DNA of 63,849 nt, filler included, from Octopus bimaculoides (Eukaryota), in the NCBI RefSeq assembly GCF_001194135.2. It is 4 parts of 3 records of this genome, joined end to end, with 100 filler letters (N's around TTAATTAATTAA, not from the genome) between each part and the next. Parts side by side here need not be neighbours in the genome. Positions count along the whole stretch, not along the records: positions 50,867 to 63,849 come from NC_068981.1; 3 more parts are not named here. One strand, written 5' to 3'. The notes below the pieces were generated by a model. It worked only from the letters and a program-made list of their open reading frames with translations, was not told the DNA's origin and made no database searches. Positions 63,275-63,849 of this stretch are shown here, in pieces; positions within the stretch are counted from its first letter, which is position 1, and every line of letters begins with the position of its first letter. The translations under genes were made by a program, and so were the position numbers.

Positions 63275-63849
63275 TAATTAATCACGACAATTGTTTCGAC
63301 TCATCTAGCATCGATTCCTCTTGGGTGGAACACTCAACAATTGGCTCATGAGCATCCAGTTTTGCAGATGTCTCTCGTCGGGTGATAAATAAATGCAACT
63401 CGTTAAAATGACTGTTCTTCAATGTAATTTTCCATTTTGTAGAGAGGAAAGTAGCCAGACAGAGGAAATATCTTCATTTATATAGAAGATCAAAAATAAA
63501 ATTGCAGATGACAAATAGAGAAACGAACACGTAATCCAGCGAGAAAAGTATTAGAAATAACCGTTAACAAATATGGATGTATAAACGCCCTTGGGCAAGC
63601 TTCATGGCGCGGGTACAGCCGCTCATACAAGCATCCGCAAAAATGTGAGCATACGCACACGTGATCCTCTATATGAATGAAGATATTTACTCTGCCTGGT
63701 TGCTTTTCTTTCTACAAAACGGAACGTTACATTGCGAAACAGTCATTTTAACGAGTTGTATTTATTTATCACCCGACAAGATACATCTGCACCACCGAAT
63801 GCTCCTGAACCAGTTGTTGAGTGTCCCACCCAAGAGGCGTCGATGCTAG
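63275..63849. mobile_element. Large inverted repeat (>=190-bp arms) carrying a hammerhead-like motif; right arm runs off the window
   Basis: 63300-63495 is the reverse complement of 63662-63849. Confidence 0.75.
63281..63386 (-). ncRNA. Type I hammerhead-ribozyme-like motif with extended stem II
   Basis: Minus strand ATCAC-CCGACGA-[GAGACATCT...AGATGAGTC]-GAAA-CAATTG-TC-GTGAT; 5-bp stem I, palindromic stem III, U4C variant. Confidence 0.45.

Overview
AT-rich (N-gapped), repeat-dense animal genomic DNA whose SINE/LINE content and gene homologies point to an octopod cephalopod (inference). Three identical 100-nt artificial spacers (N44-TTAATTAATTAA-N44) show that the window joins four pieces: 1-30830, 30931-41956, 42057-50766 and 50867-63849. 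Piece 1 holds a complete 14-exon cytosolic ALDH1/2-family aldehyde dehydrogenase gene on the + strand (8186-25682, 496 aa, all GT-AG introns, catalytic Glu and Cys intact). It has a hybrid ALDH1A/ALDH2 intron pattern and resembles cephalopod omega-crystallin. Piece 3 holds three internal exons of an M13 (neprilysin-like) metallopeptidase. The rest is tRNA-derived SINEs, RTE LINE 3' ends, an old EN+RT RTE copy, a Tx1/L1-type endonuclease fragment, a Penelope GIY-YIG remnant, several foldback/MITE-like palindromes (two types cored with TTAGGG repeats), hammerhead-ribozyme-like motifs and many micro/minisatellites. Almost all ORFs in the supplied track are spurious.
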